Shown: positions 1 through 9,037 of the stretch, one piece after another
Layout: the number at the start of each line of letters is the position of its first letter
How positions within the stretch are numbered: the first letter of the stretch is position 1
NCBI GenBank assembly: GCA_046861645.1
Contig: JBHHUM010000050.1
Span: 1-14,491, forward strand
Source: Fidelibacterota bacterium
GTDB lineage: Bacteria > Fidelibacterota > Marinisomatia > Marinisomatales > UBA2128
Reading direction: 5' to 3'
Length of the DNA stretch: 14,491 nt
Position numbers and translations under genes: made by a program
The notes under the pieces: model-generated
Told to the model about the DNA's origin: nothing
The model's database searches: none
What the model saw: only the letters and a program-made list of their open reading frames with translations

Positions 1-121
1 TGTTGGAATTACAATCTGTTGTGATTTTTGCAAGATTCCAATATCGGAATTAGGGTTTAACAAGTAACCGATTAATGATGTAACTCCGGTGTCTAATCTT
101 ACGCTAAACCACCGATTCCTC

Positions 122-150
122 TTGAGAGTCGCCCCATTTCTCTATATTTT
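122..150 (+). promoter_or_regulatory. Putative promoter, probably leaderless transcript
   Basis: TTGAGA (122-127) and TATATTTT (143-150) lie directly before ATG 155/158; no Shine-Dalgarno present. Confidence 0.4.
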
Positions 151-154
151 CCTT

Positions 155-1003
155 ATGATGTTCTTATTCAGATATATAGGACTCCTTCTCTTCCCGTTGA
201 TGCTTACCGCTCAATTCGGTACCGTAGCTGTTTCAGTGGATGTCAGTCAGTTGAAGGAAAATGACAGACGGGTTACCACCGGAATTAATGAGCAGATAAA
301 AAATTTCTTTCTTACCTCACCCTGGGACGAAGAATACAGTGACTTGGAAATCCCCCTGACTGTGCAAATCTTTTTCCAATCTGTAGCTGACAAAGGCGGT
401 GAACGTCTATATGGTGTGCAATGTCTCTTCAGTAACGGTAGCGACCAACGTTACTTTGCCAGAGCTGTACAGTTTCCCTATTCACAGGGTCAGGGTGTCT
501 CTTACTCTCCGGTGATTTTCGATCCTCTGGCAAGCTTTCTGGAGTTTTATGGCGTACTAATTCTGGCGGGCGAAGCCGATACTTACGATATTTTAGGAGG
601 TACACGGTTTTATGAACGGTCCCGGGAAATTGCCTTACGGGGGATATCCTCCCTCTATACCCGCGGCTGGCGGCAGAGGAGCGAACTGGTGGATATTTTA
701 AGTAAGAATAAACCTCTCCGTATTGCCAAATTTTACTTTTACGATGGCATGGCCTACCTAAATGAAGGGGACCCCATAGAAGCAATCAGCGCCTTTGATA
801 AAATGCTTGCCCGCCTGCAAGAAAATTATCGTCAGGCTCCCCGGGAACACTATACATCTATATTCTTAGGCGCCCATGCCCGGGATTTTGTAGACTTGCC
901 CCGTAAACTTCCAAACCGCGAAAAGATATTAAAAGCGATGATAAATTTTGATCCTGATAATGACGATCTTTACCGTCAGGGGCTGGGTACCAAATCGCCA
1001 TAA
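155..1003 (+). CDS. DUF4835-family exported protein (annotated PorD, T9SS-associated, in Bacteroidota)
   Basis: ORF 89..1003. ATG at 155 (or 158) gives a signal-peptide-like N-terminus (MMFLFRYIGLLLFPLMLTAQ) and follows a promoter-like motif. Motifs F.Y..GQ, DPLASFLEFYGVLILAGEADTY..LGGT.FY and GW..R match my recollection of DUF4835; TPR-like helices follow. Confidence 0.7.
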   Translation: MMFLFRYIGLLLFPLMLTAQFGTVAVSVDVSQLKENDRRVTTGINEQIKNFFLTSPWDEEYSDLEIPLTVQIFFQSVADKGGERLYGVQCLFSNGSDQRYFARAVQFPYSQGQGVSYSPVIFDPLASFLEFYGVLILAGEADTYDILGGTRFYERSREIALRGISSLYTRGWRQRSELVDILSKNKPLRIAKFYFYDGMAYLNEGDPIEAISAFDKMLARLQENYRQAPREHYTSIFLGAHARDFVDLPRKLPNREKILKAMINFDPDNDDLYRQGLGTKSP

Positions 1004-2019
1004 CGACATTTTCTGCGTAGATAGTAGTCAAAAACCACACTGCCTAGGTAAAATTCGGCCATCATCTCCCGATCTTTCCTCCTGCGGATCGAACGGACCT
1101 TACGACGACGTCGCAAGATCAGCACCGGATGGATGAGTATCCATCCCAGTGATTTGAATATCGCCAACATGTGGGCAAAATCAAGCAGAACCGCAGCATA
1201 AAGTACAGTCACTAATTCCAGTAAAAGTCTAAGGGGAAGCAGATAGAACGTCATGGGGAGGTTAAAATTGGATAACAGCATAAGGAGTGAATTTCGATGG
1301 TTGAGATATTTTTTCCAGGGAGAAGTCGTGGGAAGAGTTGTTGCATTTCGATGATATACTACGGACTGAGGAATAGCAGCAATCCCATAACCCATTAAAT
1401 GAAACCGCCACTGGAGATCAATCTCCTCCTGATGAGCAAAAAAACTTTCGTCAAATCCTCCGCTTTCCTCAAAAAGTGACTTTCTCACCAGAAAAGCAGT
1501 CCCTGAAGCCCAGAAGATGGGTGCCCTATTATTGTACTGCCCTTCATCCTTTTCCAGAGAAAAAAAGACTCTCCCCCGTACAAAGGGATAACAAAGAATA
1601 TCAAGCGCTCCTCCGGCCCCCCCGGCGTAGTCAAACTGATTTCGCTCGTAATAGTTCAGTATTTTAGGCTGCACAGCTGCCAATGAATCATCAGTCTGGA
1701 TGGCCTCTACCAAAGGCTCAATCCAGTCAGACTCATGAACCGTATCATTATTCAGAAAAAGCAACAGTTCTCCTTCAGCCACCGCTGCCCCCCGGTTGCA
1801 ACCACCCGCATACCCATTATTTTCATTGCTGCGTACTAAACTAACTTCGGGATGATTATCCGCCACCCAATCGGGGCTACCATCCGTGGAAGCATTATCC
1901 ACCACGATTATCTCAAGGTTGGCATACGTAGTCTTTTTCAAGGAATTGAGACAGTCGGATAGGATCTCAATCCCGTTCCAATGGGGAATAATTATGGAGA
2001 CCCGCACGGTGTCTCCCAT
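976..2019 (-). CDS. Glycosyltransferase family 2 (GT-A fold, WbbL/RfbF-like)
   Basis: VSIIIPHWN, IIVVDNASTDGS, N.GYAGGCNRG, FLNND, WASG, GGFDESFFAHQEEIDL and VVYH motifs; amphipathic/hydrophobic C-terminus. Confidence 0.92.
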   Translation of the reverse strand: MGDTVRVSIIIPHWNGIEILSDCLNSLKKTTYANLEIIVVDNASTDGSPDWVADNHPEVSLVRSNENNGYAGGCNRGAAVAEGELLLFLNNDTVHESDWIEPLVEAIQTDDSLAAVQPKILNYYERNQFDYAGGAGGALDILCYPFVRGRVFFSLEKDEGQYNNRAPIFWASGTAFLVRKSLFEESGGFDESFFAHQEEIDLQWRFHLMGYGIAAIPQSVVYHRNATTLPTTSPWKKYLNHRNSLLMLLSNFNLPMTFYLLPLRLLLELVTVLYAAVLLDFAHMLAIFKSLGWILIHPVLILRRRRKVRSIRRRKDREMMAEFYLGSVVFDYYLRRKCRYGDLVPSP

Positions 2020-2020
2020 G

Positions 2021-5000
2021 TTAAGAATCGGGGGTTGATTCCCTGAGGAATTCGTCTATCTGGTTCAACCGGTAGCGGCATGTCGAAAGGAAGCTCTGGG
2101 CTTGCTGATCATTGGGATTATCCCGCACTCTTTTCCGTAGAAGGGGGATGGCTGCACTATATTTCCCCGCTGCTTTATCAACCTGTCCCAACTTGAGATA
2201 CAATTCACCGGCTTGATAAAACCTGGTGGGATCCAGAGGATACCACTTATTTTCCTTATCCAATAGAACCGCTGCCTTTACCCAGGCAACTATGGCCAGG
2301 GAATCATCCTCAATGGTTGAGTAGATTTCACCTATTTTATCATACATGATGGGACTCATAACCGGTACAACCGCTTCAGGCATCAGCTTTTCCATCATAT
2401 CCAGATATTCTCGAGCAGCCTGAGCATGCTTGTTCTCCTTTACTCCCAAGGTGTCAACCAAACCTGTTAAAGATAGCTTCCGGGCTTCTACCTCCGCTAA
2501 TTGAAGAAAAGAATGACGCCAATTCTGTGTTAATTTGATATCAGTAGTTTCATTGAAATACACATCAGGATTATCCAGATTACGGTAGCGGTAGCCTACC
2601 TGATAGTCACGACTCCAATCATCTTGAATAACAGTAGTAAGGTTTTTCTTTACTTTATCGTAATCAATGCCACCCCCACGCTTGGTACTGACTCGAAAGG
2701 CTAAACCTTCCATCTTGAGATACCGGGAAAGATTGACCATATTCCCTGGTGACACCGTCGAAGCAAAGTAAACAGGCGTCTTCCAGTTGCCTTCTTCATC
2801 CACCTGACGGGCACATTCGTTCAGAATGTGAACAATCATCAGATCCTGAACCCGGATTCCTTGCCTGCCAGAAAAAGTCGGTTTCAGGGTCCACGATATT
2901 TTCTCACTCCCATCCCCAACAACTATTTCAACCTTGGTATCCTGCCACGGCAGAGTACCCAAATAAACTGGTATATTACCACTGTTCTTTCCCGAAGAGA
3001 AAGGTACGATATTATACTCAACCACCTCATAATCAAAATTGATGATATCTGATCCTTTAACCTTTGCTTTTCCCACCTCCAGTCGTGTACTGTTCACCAC
3101 TTTCAGCCCCAGCTGACGCAACTCCTTAATAACCTTGTTCGACTCCTTGCCAACCGGAAAGTCATTAAAGGTAAGTACGAATTCTTCCGTTATTGGCTCA
3201 TCTCCGGACCGGATTAAAAAGTTGCCATGAACTTCAAATTGTTTGTCGAGGGAATCACTAATCTTCATGGGAACCGGTGGACGACGGAGTTCGACCTTCG
3301 GGATGATTTGTTCATCTGTCAAATTGATAAACCGTTCACCCTCCGGTCTGGAATCACGCAATTGCCGAATATACCACGGTGTGTTGAGAAGACTAAGATT
3401 GGCAACCATGACATCCTTGCGAATCCCCTCCACTTCCTGAAGATACCAAAGTGGAAAGGTATCATTGTCGCCATTGGTAAAAATAATTCCGTTGGGCTCA
3501 CACGTTTGAAGGATATTATAGGAATAATCCCAGGGCAGGTAGTTTCCTGTTCGATCGTGGGTGTGATAATTTTTTGACAGCATTATACCTGGTACCATGA
3601 TAAGCAGTACCACACCGGTACCCAATGCCGCCGGAATACGAAACTGTTTCTCACGCAATCTTGTTAACACTCTCTCAAAAATAGCTGAAGCGCCTATACC
3701 CACCCAAATAGCAAAAGCTAAAAAGCTACCCACATAAGAATAGTCCCGCTCCCTTGGTTGAGGATCAGGTTGATTAAGATAAAACACAATGGCGATGCCC
3801 GTCATGATAAAGAGTGCCAAAATGGATAAAGCTTGATTTTGATCACGCTGGAAATGGAAATACATTCCCCCCAGTCCCAGTAAAAAAGCCAACGGCAAAC
3901 CAAACTGAAACCAATCAACACCATCTTCTGTAGGACTGGCTCCGAAGCCACTCACTCGGGTTTCGACTGAAGGACCACGTCCTGCAAATTGCCACAGGAA
4001 ATAACGCCAGTACATCTTTTTCACCTGGTAACGCCAGAAATAATCAAAATCTGATGAATATCTACGATAATTTTTTATATGATTACCCTGTCGGGAACCA
4101 CGCCGGGGGAACAGTGTCTTCGTTTCCACAGTACCTGTGCTGTTATTATATGTCAACCCCCGGAAGAGATCTGTGTCACCATATTGCTCCCGTTCCAAGT
4201 AACTGATGGCCGCTTGGACCGTTTCCGGGTCATTTTCATCAATCCCAGGATTTTGAGAAGAGCGAATAAAAATTAATTCATAAGATGAGTACCCAATTAA
4301 GATCAGGAGTAGAGAGGTTACTCCCAAACGAATGAGATTTTTATGTCTCTCAGAAATACTTCCTGCCGCACTAAAAAGTCCCAGCAAAAAAAGACCGACA
4401 ATAACTAGTGTAGCACCAATCACAGTACTGGCAACTGTGGTGGACATAATCTCAGATATGTCCCTGGCTATTTTGGGTAAACCTTTGATTATCCCCTGAT
4501 AGATTATCAAGAAAATAGCCAACACAATACCCATGAGAGTCGTGAATGATGTCCAGCTAAAGCTTCGTTTACGAAAATAAATTATTAAGGCCATAAAAGG
4601 CAGTGCCAAGAGATTCAGCAGGTGGACACCTGTTGAAAGTCCCAAAACATAGGCAATAATCAGAATATACCGTTCGCTTCCAGGCTCTTCTGCTCGTTCA
4701 GCCCAGTGCAGCACCAACCAGACTACCAGGGCTGTAGAGAGAGTACTGACGGCATAGACCTCAGCTTCCACAGCATTAAACCAGTGGCTATCAGTAAAAG
4801 CAAAAACAAGAGCACCAATCACACCTCCACCGAAAGCAATAATCTTATCCTCGGTAGTAGTGATCTGCCCTCGCCAATAACGAACTAACTGGACAATGAT
4901 GAGATAGAGAAACATAACCGCCAAGGCACTGGCAAGGGGTGAAATCATATTGACTCGATAGGCAATATCCCCCGGGATAGGTAATAGAGAAAAAAAACGT

Positions 5001-5182
5001 CCCAGAATCAGGAACAGGGGTGCCCCGGGAGGATGAGGGACACCCAATCGGTAGGAAGTGGCAATAAATTCTCCACAATCCCAGAAAGAAACTGTAGGTG
5101 CCACCGTAGAAAAGTAAACAAGAAAACTGACAAGAAAAACAAGTCCCGCCAGTAAACGGTTAAGATGTTGGGGGGTAATCAC
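2021..5182 (-). CDS. DUF2723 / TMEM260-like multi-pass membrane glycosyltransferase (GT-C fold) with C-terminal soluble and TPR-like region
   Basis: 1053 aa. APTVSFWDCGEFI, GVPHPPGAPLF, WFNAVEAEVY, QPRERDYSYVGSF and FTNGDNDTFPLWYLQEVEGIR motifs; many hydrophobic segments; GTG start overlaps the upstream stop (GTGA). Confidence 0.9.
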   Translation of the reverse strand: MITPQHLNRLLAGLVFLVSFLVYFSTVAPTVSFWDCGEFIATSYRLGVPHPPGAPLFLILGRFFSLLPIPGDIAYRVNMISPLASALAVMFLYLIIVQLVRYWRGQITTTEDKIIAFGGGVIGALVFAFTDSHWFNAVEAEVYAVSTLSTALVVWLVLHWAERAEEPGSERYILIIAYVLGLSTGVHLLNLLALPFMALIIYFRKRSFSWTSFTTLMGIVLAIFLIIYQGIIKGLPKIARDISEIMSTTVASTVIGATLVIVGLFLLGLFSAAGSISERHKNLIRLGVTSLLLILIGYSSYELIFIRSSQNPGIDENDPETVQAAISYLEREQYGDTDLFRGLTYNNSTGTVETKTLFPRRGSRQGNHIKNYRRYSSDFDYFWRYQVKKMYWRYFLWQFAGRGPSVETRVSGFGASPTEDGVDWFQFGLPLAFLLGLGGMYFHFQRDQNQALSILALFIMTGIAIVFYLNQPDPQPRERDYSYVGSFLAFAIWVGIGASAIFERVLTRLREKQFRIPAALGTGVVLLIMVPGIMLSKNYHTHDRTGNYLPWDYSYNILQTCEPNGIIFTNGDNDTFPLWYLQEVEGIRKDVMVANLSLLNTPWYIRQLRDSRPEGERFINLTDEQIIPKVELRRPPVPMKISDSLDKQFEVHGNFLIRSGDEPITEEFVLTFNDFPVGKESNKVIKELRQLGLKVVNSTRLEVGKAKVKGSDIINFDYEVVEYNIVPFSSGKNSGNIPVYLGTLPWQDTKVEIVVGDGSEKISWTLKPTFSGRQGIRVQDLMIVHILNECARQVDEEGNWKTPVYFASTVSPGNMVNLSRYLKMEGLAFRVSTKRGGGIDYDKVKKNLTTVIQDDWSRDYQVGYRYRNLDNPDVYFNETTDIKLTQNWRHSFLQLAEVEARKLSLTGLVDTLGVKENKHAQAAREYLDMMEKLMPEAVVPVMSPIMYDKIGEIYSTIEDDSLAIVAWVKAAVLLDKENKWYPLDPTRFYQAGELYLKLGQVDKAAGKYSAAIPLLRKRVRDNPNDQQAQSFLSTCRYRLNQIDEFLRESTPDS

Positions 5183-5547
5183 TCTTGGGGTTGCTCCGGT
5201 TTATTATCTGCATCAGATTTTGCCTCATCCTGAAATTCGTCAGTCTCTTCATCACTGGAAGGATCTGGTTCTGTATCGGGTTTCTTCTTTTCTTCAACAT
5301 AATTAAGTTTCAGATCACCCAGGGTGGATTGTAGAAATTTCCTTTCCGCATCATTCAGGTTATCACCCATTCTACGATGAATCATATCCAGCATATCGAT
5401 AGCATAGGAAGCTTGCTCCAAATTTCTCTCTATCTTGTCTGTTACCGGGTTTTTAATTTTTCCTAAAGCCACCCAGGCGCTGCTCGCAAACGAGGAAATC
5501 AATCCTACAAAAAGCTGTTCGTCAGTATCTAACCGTTCGTTAGTCAT
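5179..5547 (-). CDS. DUF1844-family protein
   Basis: A.VALGKI.NP and L.QA...IDML.M......GDNL...E...L...L..LKLNYV pattern; acidic low-complexity tail; AGGAG SD upstream. Confidence 0.85.
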   Translation of the reverse strand: MTNERLDTDEQLFVGLISSFASSAWVALGKIKNPVTDKIERNLEQASYAIDMLDMIHRRMGDNLNDAERKFLQSTLGDLKLNYVEEKKKPDTEPDPSSDEETDEFQDEAKSDADNKPEQPQE

Positions 5548-5556
5548 CGTACTCTC

Positions 5557-7662
5557 CTAAGAAATGTTAACAAATTCGAGTAAATGTTGGTAATCTTCCA
5601 GAAAACGACTCCGGATCATGGCATGTTCCGGTTTATCTAACTGAGGATCATGATTAACTACATCAAAAGCGACCTGACGAGCCTTTCTGATAATGGGTCC
5701 GTCATTCACCAGATCTGCAATTTTCCAACGTATAAATCCGTGCTGACGGGCTCCGTAGAACTCGCCAGGGCCACGTAATTTAAGGTCTTCATCAGAGATT
5801 TCAAATCCGTTCGTAGTGCGTGAAATAATCTCTAACCTCCGACGAGCAGTGGCGGTTGTTCCCCTCTGAATCAGAATGCAATAACCCTTTTCCTTGCCCC
5901 TGCCAATTCGTCCACGTAACTGATGTAACTGAGTCAAACCAAATCGTTCGGCATTCTCAATCAGCATCACCGTAGCATTGGGAACATCTATCCCCACTTC
6001 AATAACCGTGGTTGAAACGAGGATTTGAATCTCATTTCTGCTAAAAGCATCCATGATGGTATCCTTCTCTTCCTTCTTCATACGACCATGGATGAGAGCC
6101 ATTCTGAGCTTAGGAAATACTTTTTCAGCCAGAAAGCGATACCCTTCTTCAGCAGCCTTGAGATCTAATTTCTCAGATTCTTCAACGAGGGGATACACTA
6201 CCATACACTGACGACCTTTAGCAACCTGATCACGGACAAATTGATAAACCGAAGGAATTTTATCCGCTGTGACCACCCTTGTAGTAACCGGAATCCTATC
6301 ATCTGGCATCTCATCAATAACGGATAAATCCAGATCTCCATGATAGGTGATCGCCAATGTTCTGGGAATGGGTGTAGCTGTCATCACCAGTGTATCCGGA
6401 TTCAAACCCTTCTGTACCAGGGCTCCCCTCTGGATTACACCAAACCTATGCTGCTCATCAATAATGGCCAATCCCAGATCAGCAAACTGTACATCTTCCT
6501 GAATTAGAGCATGGGTCCCCACTACTACTTGAATAGTACCATTTGCCAGATTTTCCAGTATCTTGTGGCGTTCCTTTGTTGACAGATTCCCCACCAAGAG
6601 GGCAGTGGTAATTTGTACCTGATCAAAATGCTTACGGAAGACCGTGTAATGCTGATGAGCCAGTATTTCTGTCGGTGCCATGATGGCGGCCTGGACACTA
6701 TTACCCACGGCAATGGCTACTGCTAAAATGGCAACAATCGTCTTACCTGAGCCCACGTCACCCTGCAGCAACCTGTTCATTACCTGTGGCGACGCCATAT
6801 CCAGACGAATCTCCTTCAATACCTTTTTTTGAGCAGCAGTTAGCTCAAAATCCAGCGCCTCATAGATCATCTTCACATAAGGACCAGTCTTGGTAAGTGA
6901 TCGACCTTGAGCCTCTTTAATCCCCACTTTCCGTAGAGCCATCAGAAGTTGCAGGAAAAAATGTTCATCAAATTTCAGCCGGTAACGAGCCTTCCTTAAC
7001 TGTTCGAGATCAGAAGCAAAATGGATGTATTCGATTGACTTGTCAAGTTTCAGAAGATGAAGTTCAGTCCGGAGATTTTCTGGCAGATAGTCATCTATAT
7101 CACCACCAAATTGATGTAACGCTGCCCGCATGATCCTTCGGAAACCACGACTATCCAATCCTACAGACTTTAACTTCTGTCCAGACGAATAGAGGGATAT
7201 AACAGCACTGGTGTTCAACGGTTCACGTTCCTCGGCACCTAATTTGTCATACTCAGGGTGAACAAGTTGATAACCATTATAAAATTCCACTTTGCCATGA
7301 AAGGCAACCTGATCTCCCACAGTGAAAGATTTCTGTGCATATTGGATACCGTTAAACCAGATACAATTCATCATCCCCGATCCGTCACTGACAATGAGCT
7401 GGAAATATTTCCTCTGCCGGGCTTGACGAACACCGGCAGCTTCCACTTTGGCTACAACTGTTGCTACAATATCTTTTTTCAGATCACGTATGGCTGTGAT
7501 AGTTGTCCGATCAAGATGACGCCGTGGTAAATAGTAGAGTAGATCACGAACCGTTTTAATACCAGCTTCAGCTAAAATAGCAGCTCTTTTAGGGCCTACA
7601 CCCTTTACAAATTGAACGGGAGTATCAAGGGAAGATGGGGTAGAATTTGTCAAGAGATGCAA
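5557..7662 (-). CDS. recG: ATP-dependent DNA helicase RecG
   Basis: VKGVGPK, OB/wedge domain, RLLQGDVGSGKT (motif I), APTEILA, DEQH, MTATPIPRTL, QLHQLRGRIGRG and DL.LRGPGE. TTG start is uncertain (7662 or 7653). Confidence 0.98.
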   Translation of the reverse strand: MHLLTNSTPSSLDTPVQFVKGVGPKRAAILAEAGIKTVRDLLYYLPRRHLDRTTITAIRDLKKDIVATVVAKVEAAGVRQARQRKYFQLIVSDGSGMMNCIWFNGIQYAQKSFTVGDQVAFHGKVEFYNGYQLVHPEYDKLGAEEREPLNTSAVISLYSSGQKLKSVGLDSRGFRRIMRAALHQFGGDIDDYLPENLRTELHLLKLDKSIEYIHFASDLEQLRKARYRLKFDEHFFLQLLMALRKVGIKEAQGRSLTKTGPYVKMIYEALDFELTAAQKKVLKEIRLDMASPQVMNRLLQGDVGSGKTIVAILAVAIAVGNSVQAAIMAPTEILAHQHYTVFRKHFDQVQITTALLVGNLSTKERHKILENLANGTIQVVVGTHALIQEDVQFADLGLAIIDEQHRFGVIQRGALVQKGLNPDTLVMTATPIPRTLAITYHGDLDLSVIDEMPDDRIPVTTRVVTADKIPSVYQFVRDQVAKGRQCMVVYPLVEESEKLDLKAAEEGYRFLAEKVFPKLRMALIHGRMKKEEKDTIMDAFSRNEIQILVSTTVIEVGIDVPNATVMLIENAERFGLTQLHQLRGRIGRGKEKGYCILIQRGTTATARRRLEIISRTTNGFEISDEDLKLRGPGEFYGARQHGFIRWKIADLVNDGPIIRKARQVAFDVVNHDPQLDKPEHAMIRSRFLEDYQHLLEFVNIS

Positions 7663-7711
7663 TCAATAAAGTTCTCAAACATCCCGGGGTACATCCTTGG
7701 ACAGGAACTAT

Positions 7712-9037
7712 TTACTGCCAATCTTTGCGATAGGTGTAGGTAATAGTCTGCTTACTAGCGGAAGCAACCTCTAAATCAAATACGATCGTCTGGGCATCAA
7801 TTTTGCGGTAGTTATGAGAGGGTTCCCTGATTACCCAGTCACCATAAATGTGCTCCGTCACTTTTACAGCCGCTATATCATCCCGACCGTTGGTAATCAC
7901 TACTTCAATAACTGCCTCTTCACTCTTCTTCAACCTCTCGTAATTGATCACTTTACGCTGTCCACGAACTTTATTGGCTCGTCCTGCAGTTATCTTGGCT
8001 TCCTCTCCATCAGGGATCTGATTAAGTTTATCTTCCCCTACAAACTCCAGGGCACCACCAGTGCCAGTCTGGTAAATCTGGATCAGTCCCGCCGGTATGG
8101 TTTCACCCGTATTGTTGGTAAAAGATAACTCGACTAACAGAGGCTCCTCCACAGAGGCCCGTTCGCGATTCTCAAAAAGATAAGTACGACGGAAGGCTAT
8201 ATCTTTTTCCGGACGTAAGTCCACTGTAACCGATTCATTCTGGGGTAGAGATAGAGATTGGTTCAATCGGTAAACTTCGTAGTCACCTAATTCACCGGCT
8301 TCAAAAGATAGTGCTGCTTCTTCTGCTATAGCCATCCGGTGCACTTCCGGTCTGGGTGCTTCGTATTTCTTCACGCGATGAAGCTTACCCTCAATCAGTG
8401 TAAGATTGGCTTTTTCAAATGAAAGACTCGTTTTATTATGCACCATAGCAGAAGACTTAAAACGACCTCTGGTCTCTTCGGGATTGATTACGAAATTGTA
8501 GATTGCATCCCAGTCCAGTCCCCTGGTTACATAGGTCAGTCTGCCGGAAACTAAACCGGAAACATCGGAGTCCACTTTCCATGACAGCTCCGGTTTCAAA
8601 GCCCCTATTGTTTCACCATCAACCAGGGAAATGGATATGATTTCATCGGTATTAAACATCTTCACCGTTCCCTTCCTACTGACTGTCAACCAGTTTCCCT
8701 CCAAGTCAAGGAGTCTTCCTTTGTACGACTTCCCTTCGGAAGGTGTAACTGTTACTTCCTGACCTATATGATCCTTAAGGTAACTGGATGACGTAAAGAC
8801 ATCATAGTGATAGCGCTGAAAATAAACCTCTGCATTCTCTAAAGACAGAAAGGTGGAATTGATATCCATTTGATCGGGAATATCATCGTATTTAACTCGA
8901 TTGATCCCACTTGTGAGCCGATAGGCTACCGGCTGCTTGACCAGTCCAAAGCCATCCTTGTATAGGGTCAGGTCTGCTTTATGGGATTGGGACATCACCA
9001 TAGAACAAAACATGAGCAACAGGATAATCTTTCTCAT
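7712..9037 (-). CDS. Exported DUF4139-domain protein
   Basis: Signal peptide MRKIILLLMFCSMVMSQ; LTLY..GFGLV, L.Y.T.GL.W.A.Y, N.T...F..A.L.LIEG, P.G....Y and FVGED motifs; ATGA overlap with the valS stop. Confidence 0.8.
   Translation of the reverse strand: MRKIILLLMFCSMVMSQSHKADLTLYKDGFGLVKQPVAYRLTSGINRVKYDDIPDQMDINSTFLSLENAEVYFQRYHYDVFTSSSYLKDHIGQEVTVTPSEGKSYKGRLLDLEGNWLTVSRKGTVKMFNTDEIISISLVDGETIGALKPELSWKVDSDVSGLVSGRLTYVTRGLDWDAIYNFVINPEETRGRFKSSAMVHNKTSLSFEKANLTLIEGKLHRVKKYEAPRPEVHRMAIAEEAALSFEAGELGDYEVYRLNQSLSLPQNESVTVDLRPEKDIAFRRTYLFENRERASVEEPLLVELSFTNNTGETIPAGLIQIYQTGTGGALEFVGEDKLNQIPDGEEAKITAGRANKVRGQRKVINYERLKKSEEAVIEVVITNGRDDIAAVKVTEHIYGDWVIREPSHNYRKIDAQTIVFDLEVASASKQTITYTYRKDWQ

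Noticed and set aside
35..50. Imperfect palindrome ATTCCAATATCGGAAT
   Set aside because: Single short occurrence with no U-tract or second copy; function unsupported.
1..141. Stop-free minus-strand frame running off the left edge
   Set aside because: No ATG, no clear RBS and no recognisable protein motif.
89..154. GTG start at 89 for the first ORF
   Set aside because: The extension precedes the signal peptide and overlaps the promoter-like motif; ATG 155/158 fits better.
7663..7711. Possible hairpin or terminator between DUF4139 and recG (AGTTC...GAACT, GGATGT twice)
   Set aside because: The stem is too short and interrupted for an intrinsic terminator or ncRNA.
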